Shown here one piece after another: positions 60,734 to 64,000 of a stretch of 64,000 nt of DNA. This DNA comes from Thermoplasmata archaeon (GTDB lineage: Archaea; Thermoplasmatota; Thermoplasmata; Sysuiplasmatales; Sysuiplasmataceae): contig JAKAVR010000003.1 in NCBI GenBank assembly GCA_021817225.1, positions 20,016 to 84,015 of the forward strand, given 5' to 3'. A program made the position numbers and the translations under genes. The notes below the pieces were generated by a model. The model did not search any database and was not told where the DNA came from. It worked only from the letters and a program-made list of their open reading frames with translations. Position 1 is the first letter of the stretch. Each line of letters begins with the position of its first letter.

Positions 60734-61006
60734 ATGCCTGAATGTCCGGTATGCAATAAGTCGTTTGCAAAGCAGAAATCGGTTGACAACCACGTCCGGT
60801 ATGTGCATCAGAATAAACAGGATAAGTTCATCCCTGAAGTTGCAGAAATCAAAATGGTCGGTCACGGTATGGGGGATATGCCCGTACGTGCGCCCTCACG
60901 CGCGCCCACGCATGCGCCCGCGCATAATGCGCCCGCGCCGGTACATGCGCCCGCGAATTTACACGGTTCGTCTCGTATCTATAATATGTTGAGAAAAAAG
61001 GGGTAG
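60734..61006 (+). CDS. Casposon ORF, C2H2 zinc-finger protein with HAPA-type low-complexity tail
   Basis: CPVCNKSFAKQKSVDNHVRYVH is exactly CX2CX12HX4H. The tail is RAPSRAPTHAPAHNAPAPVHAPANL. Confidence 0.6.
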   Translation: MPECPVCNKSFAKQKSVDNHVRYVHQNKQDKFIPEVAEIKMVGHGMGDMPVRAPSRAPTHAPAHNAPAPVHAPANLHGSSRIYNMLRKKG

Positions 61007-61012
61007 ATACTC

Positions 61013-61162
61013 TTGAATGATGTATTCGTTTTGTACTGTCACAAGTGTGGTTCTTTAGACTATAAAACTGTGTCTGTAAAAAAGCTTGATGAGCTTACCC
61101 TGACCACCTTTAAATGTGTTGATTGCGGGCATACATGGTTAGCACGGCGTCGAAGGTGGTGA
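61013..61162 (+). CDS. Casposon ORF, 49-aa zinc ribbon (TTG start, uncertain)
   Basis: Manual translation: LNDVFVLYCHKCGSLDYKTVSVKKLDELTLTTFKCVDCGHTWLARRRRW-stop (CX2C...CX2C). Too short for the ORF track. Confidence 0.35.
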   Translation: MNDVFVLYCHKCGSLDYKTVSVKKLDELTLTTFKCVDCGHTWLARRRRW

Positions 61163-61279
61163 TTTCATACGGCATACAAGCGCAAACTGTCCAAGCCCGC
61201 ACAACGTTTCATCAACTATCGTCTTAAGGCTGGAGACAGTCCCCTGACCATTCTGAAAGCATACAACGAGCTAATCAAA

Positions 61280-61600
61280 ATGCCTTTAAAAAATCTTAAG
61301 AAACTTGATATGAAAATTGTGCCAGAATTGTACCACAAGCGTAGAATCACAAAGAACGAATTGTATCGGCATATTGACAGATGGAGACATCAACCCGTTC
61401 ATCGTGAAGATGTGAAGGTCAGGCGCACAACGAGAAAATTCATGCGGGCGCAAACTGAATCAGATAAAATCAAAGCGACTATTCAGGGAATGCCTTTACC
61501 CAAAGGATATGATCGTGCGAAGGCACATGATTCAGGTTTTCTATATCGTTTGACTGAAGAAGAAGACTACCTGCAGTTCTTTGAAGAGGGTAGTCCATGA
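61280..61600 (+). CDS. Casposon ORF, basic 106-aa protein directly upstream of and overlapping polB
   Basis: MPLKNLKKLDMKIVPELYHKRRITKNELYRHIDRWRHQPVHREDVKVRRTTRKF... ATGA overlap with polB. The frame is open upstream back to the TGA at 61160. Confidence 0.5.
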   Translation: MPLKNLKKLDMKIVPELYHKRRITKNELYRHIDRWRHQPVHREDVKVRRTTRKFMRAQTESDKIKATIQGMPLPKGYDRAKAHDSGFLYRLTEEEDYLQFFEEGSP

Positions 61601-63417
61601 GAACCTCTTACGCGATATCCAAAATACCCTCATTCACGGCATTCGATACCGAGTCGTATCGCAACCACCTGAAGGTTATTTGCACAAAGGACAGTCATTA
61701 CGAACCTGACAACGACTACATGCATACGCTTGACTGGGTATGGTCGCATGCAAAGCGCATTAATTTCCTCTTCAACTTGACTTATGACCGCGATATACTG
61801 ATGCATCCCGTTGTTGCGTCCATGAGCAAAGAAAAACGGTTATACCTTTCCAGAAAACATAGAGTTTCAATCGGTGAATACCAATTCAAGCTGACGGGTA
61901 ATAAGTCGTTTGCAATAAACAGGTCCAGAAACGGGTTCAAGTACTTCTACGATATTGGGGCATTTTTCAGGGATTATGACGGTGGTATGCTCTCATTAGA
62001 CGATGTAGCGCATAATCTCTTAGGAATGTGCAAGAATGCTGAGGAGCTGCAAATAGACAGGGTCGCAATAGGAACAAAGAAAGGATACTATGAAAATCAC
62101 CGTAATGAAATCATTACATACTGTAAAAATGATGCACGGCTGACTGAAAGTCTGGCTACTTTGCTTGTCCAGTCACTCTTCAAGCTCTTAGGTTTTGTAC
62201 CAACAAGATACAATTCAAAAGCGTCTATATCGAAGGCGTGGCTTGAATCGAATCATCCTGAACTTATGCGTGACCGCAAACAGAGAAAAAATGATCGCGT
62301 AATTGATGAGGTATTTCACAATTCATATCGCGGTGGTATTTTCACTACACCGATATTGGGTAGAGTTACGAATGTAGCTTCACTTGACCTGACTAATGCC
62401 TACGGGCATGCACTTACGCTATTACCTTCGCTTGAGAACGCTACATTGAAAGTATCGCATGAATACCATCGTGACGCATTATTAGGTTCGTACGAATGCC
62501 TTGTAAAATACGATGGACGGTCATTCGCATTCGATGAAGGTCACGGTAAAATAAAGTATCCTGTTTGTGGTGGTATGCATACGGCATGGTTGACCAAGCC
62601 CGAAGTTGAATACTTCATTCATTCATTTTCAGATTACAAAATAAAGGTCATAACCGCGTACGAATACTTCGGTGAATACAAGCCCGCATTGCCTGACGCA
62701 TTAAATCTAATCAATGCGAGATTGAATGAGAATAATTCGGTCAAGAACATGTTGCTGAAAACGATCATCAATGCATGTTACGGCTGTTTTGCTGAAAGTC
62801 GCCACGGTGAAACTCCATTCACACGCTGGCAATATGCGGCGCACGTTACAGGTCTTTGTCGCGTTAAGGTAATCAAAGTATCCAAACTGTGTGAAAACGC
62901 AAATTGTCCGGTAGTCTCAATCAATACGGACGGTATCAAATTCAAAGTAAACAGCAATAATCTAGGTTTAGAAAATTTCAGCAAAACAAAATCATTAGGT
63001 CAATTTCATGTAGAATTTACTGGAGCGACCGTCACGCATTATCAATCGGGCATAGCGCTTATCGAATATGCTAATGGTACGGACAGTATCAAGAGGCGCG
63101 GACTACCGCACCTGACCAAAGAAGACCTTCTAAATGCAAAAGGTTCTTTAATTGTTGTACAAAATACGAAGGTCCGTAAGCTTCTCGAAGTATTGAGGTC
63201 AACCGATAATGCGATTGATGAATTGGCTGTAATAAATAAAAAGCACAAAAAGAAAATCGACCTCATGTCGAATCAAAGCGGGTACGATATTCAACCAGAA
63301 TACCTGACCTTCGAATATCTGAATCATCACTCAATCATATCTTCACCACCGGACTATCACAATCTTCGTGGTAGCGAACCGATGAATGCGACCTGTCAGG
63401 TCCACACCACCGCATGA
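61597..63417 (+). CDS. polB: Compact family-B DNA polymerase (606 aa) with 3'-5' exonuclease domain
   Basis: Exo I AFDTES, Exo II FNLTYDRD, Exo III YCKNDARL, motif A LDLTNAYG, motif B KTIINACYGCF, motif C SINTDGI. The stop codon lies inside the right TIR. Confidence 0.85.
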   Translation: MRTSYAISKIPSFTAFDTESYRNHLKVICTKDSHYEPDNDYMHTLDWVWSHAKRINFLFNLTYDRDILMHPVVASMSKEKRLYLSRKHRVSIGEYQFKLTGNKSFAINRSRNGFKYFYDIGAFFRDYDGGMLSLDDVAHNLLGMCKNAEELQIDRVAIGTKKGYYENHRNEIITYCKNDARLTESLATLLVQSLFKLLGFVPTRYNSKASISKAWLESNHPELMRDRKQRKNDRVIDEVFHNSYRGGIFTTPILGRVTNVASLDLTNAYGHALTLLPSLENATLKVSHEYHRDALLGSYECLVKYDGRSFAFDEGHGKIKYPVCGGMHTAWLTKPEVEYFIHSFSDYKIKVITAYEYFGEYKPALPDALNLINARLNENNSVKNMLLKTIINACYGCFAESRHGETPFTRWQYAAHVTGLCRVKVIKVSKLCENANCPVVSINTDGIKFKVNSNNLGLENFSKTKSLGQFHVEFTGATVTHYQSGIALIEYANGTDSIKRRGLPHLTKEDLLNAKGSLIVVQNTKVRKLLEVLRSTDNAIDELAVINKKHKKKIDLMSNQSGYDIQPEYLTFEYLNHHSIISSPPDYHNLRGSEPMNATCQVHTTA

Positions 63418-63478
63418 AATGATATGTGAAATTGTAGCGTGGTAGATTTCAACCTCCATTAACGCACCTTCTAAACAC
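63405..63478. repeat. Right terminal inverted repeat (74 bp)
   Basis: Exact reverse complement of 58950-59023. Confidence 0.95.
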
Positions 63479-63492
63479 GTTATGTACTTTAC
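63479..63492. repeat. Right copy of the 14-bp target-site duplication GTTATGTACTTTAC
   Basis: Identical to 58936-58949. Confidence 0.9.
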
Positions 63493-63502
63493 TCATCTCA
63501 CC

Positions 63503-64000
63503 ATGTCTGTGTGCATGAGCACTTTCGCGCGTTACCTGGTCAGGCTCGAAAACAGCAGCCATGCTGCTGTCGGGCAGTACGGGGTTGTGAGGGCACACTA
63601 CAAGGATATCCTTGCCCGCCACGGCTGCACGATCAACAGCGCGAGGATAAGCAGCTTCGCGGTTGAAGTGGACTTCTTCTCGAAAGAAGCGAAGAGCGCG
63701 GAGGAGGGGGTCAAGGCACTGAGCTCGGAGGGAAAGGTGCTGAGCATTACAGACCTGATGGCGGACGAGATTCCGGCCGGAAAGCAGGAGACGCTTGAGC
63801 AGGCAAGGCTGCTTTTCAACCAGGAGAGGTTCTGGGAGGTGCACGAGAAGGTTGAGGGAATATGGCGAATGGCCACGGGTGCGGAGAAACTTGTGCAGCA
63901 GTCCATAATACTCTATGCGGGCGCACTGGTGCATTACCAGAAGAACGAGACAGAGACGACGCTCAGGATGCTCAGGCGGGCGCTGGAGAGGATGAAATGG
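63503..64000 (+). CDS. DUF309-domain protein (partial, continues beyond the window)
   Basis: Manual translation: MSVCMSTFARYLVRLENSSH...QARLLFNQERFWEVHEKVEGIWRMATGAEKLVQQSIILYAGALVHYQKNE, i.e. the DUF309 pattern (F.....yWE.HE..E..W). Open to the window end, so it is absent from the ORF track. Confidence 0.65.
   Translation, partial: MSVCMSTFARYLVRLENSSHAAVGQYGVVRAHYKDILARHGCTINSARISSFAVEVDFFSKEAKSAEEGVKALSSEGKVLSITDLMADEIPAGKQETLEQARLLFNQERFWEVHEKVEGIWRMATGAEKLVQQSIILYAGALVHYQKNETETTLRMLRRALERMKW

Larger units (their letters stand above)
58950..63478. mobile_element. Casposon-like self-synthesizing transposon (Cas1 casposase + family-B DNA polymerase), 4,529 bp
   Basis: Perfect 74-bp TIRs, a 14-bp TSD, Cas1 and PolB genes at opposite ends reading outward, and an interior visibly much more AT-rich than the flanks. 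Confidence 0.9.

Noticed and set aside
58900-63520. I looked for a CRISPR array, cas2 or cas4 near the Cas1 gene.
   Set aside because: There are no short direct repeats with regular spacers anywhere in the window, and no ORF with Cas2/Cas4 features. The Cas1 is enclosed by TIRs together with PolB, so a CRISPR adaptation module is rejected in favour of a casposon.

Overview
This is an archaeal chromosomal window. Evidence: an rpoH-rpoB-rpoA1-rpoA2-rpl30e-nusA cluster with unsplit rpoB, aRF1, CDP-archaeol synthase, two PurP genes, Nep1, a class I CCA-adding enzyme, RPA, and XPD. A Thermoplasmata-like euryarchaeote is an inference only. Most of the window is GC-rich housekeeping and transport DNA. 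It includes two tRNAs: tRNA-Gln(CUG), and tRNA-Ser(GGA) with a probable 12-nt intron. The standout is a visibly AT-rich 4,529-bp insertion at 58950-63478. It is bounded by perfect 74-bp terminal inverted repeats and a perfect 14-bp target-site duplication (GTTATGTACTTTAC). It carries a solo Cas1 homologue at one end, a compact family-B DNA polymerase at the other, and small zinc-finger ORFs between them. That is the architecture of a casposon (Cas1-dependent self-synthesizing transposon), here unusually small and apparently recently inserted into a 49-bp divergent promoter region. Secondary points of interest: (1) a tandem KaiC-like ATPase pair, one with a degenerate P-loop, next to a protein of over 1200 aa made of helical repeats; (2) an ArsR / membrane protein / bactofilin-like beta-helix / ABC-2 exporter operon; (3) a SAMP-like GG-tailed protein translationally coupled to a BNR propeller; (4) a bacterial-type MetK; (5) an internally deleted IS607-type relic; (6) two conserved genes whose N-termini are cut off from any canonical start codon next to homopolymer runs. 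No CRISPR array, cas2 or rRNA is visible in the window.
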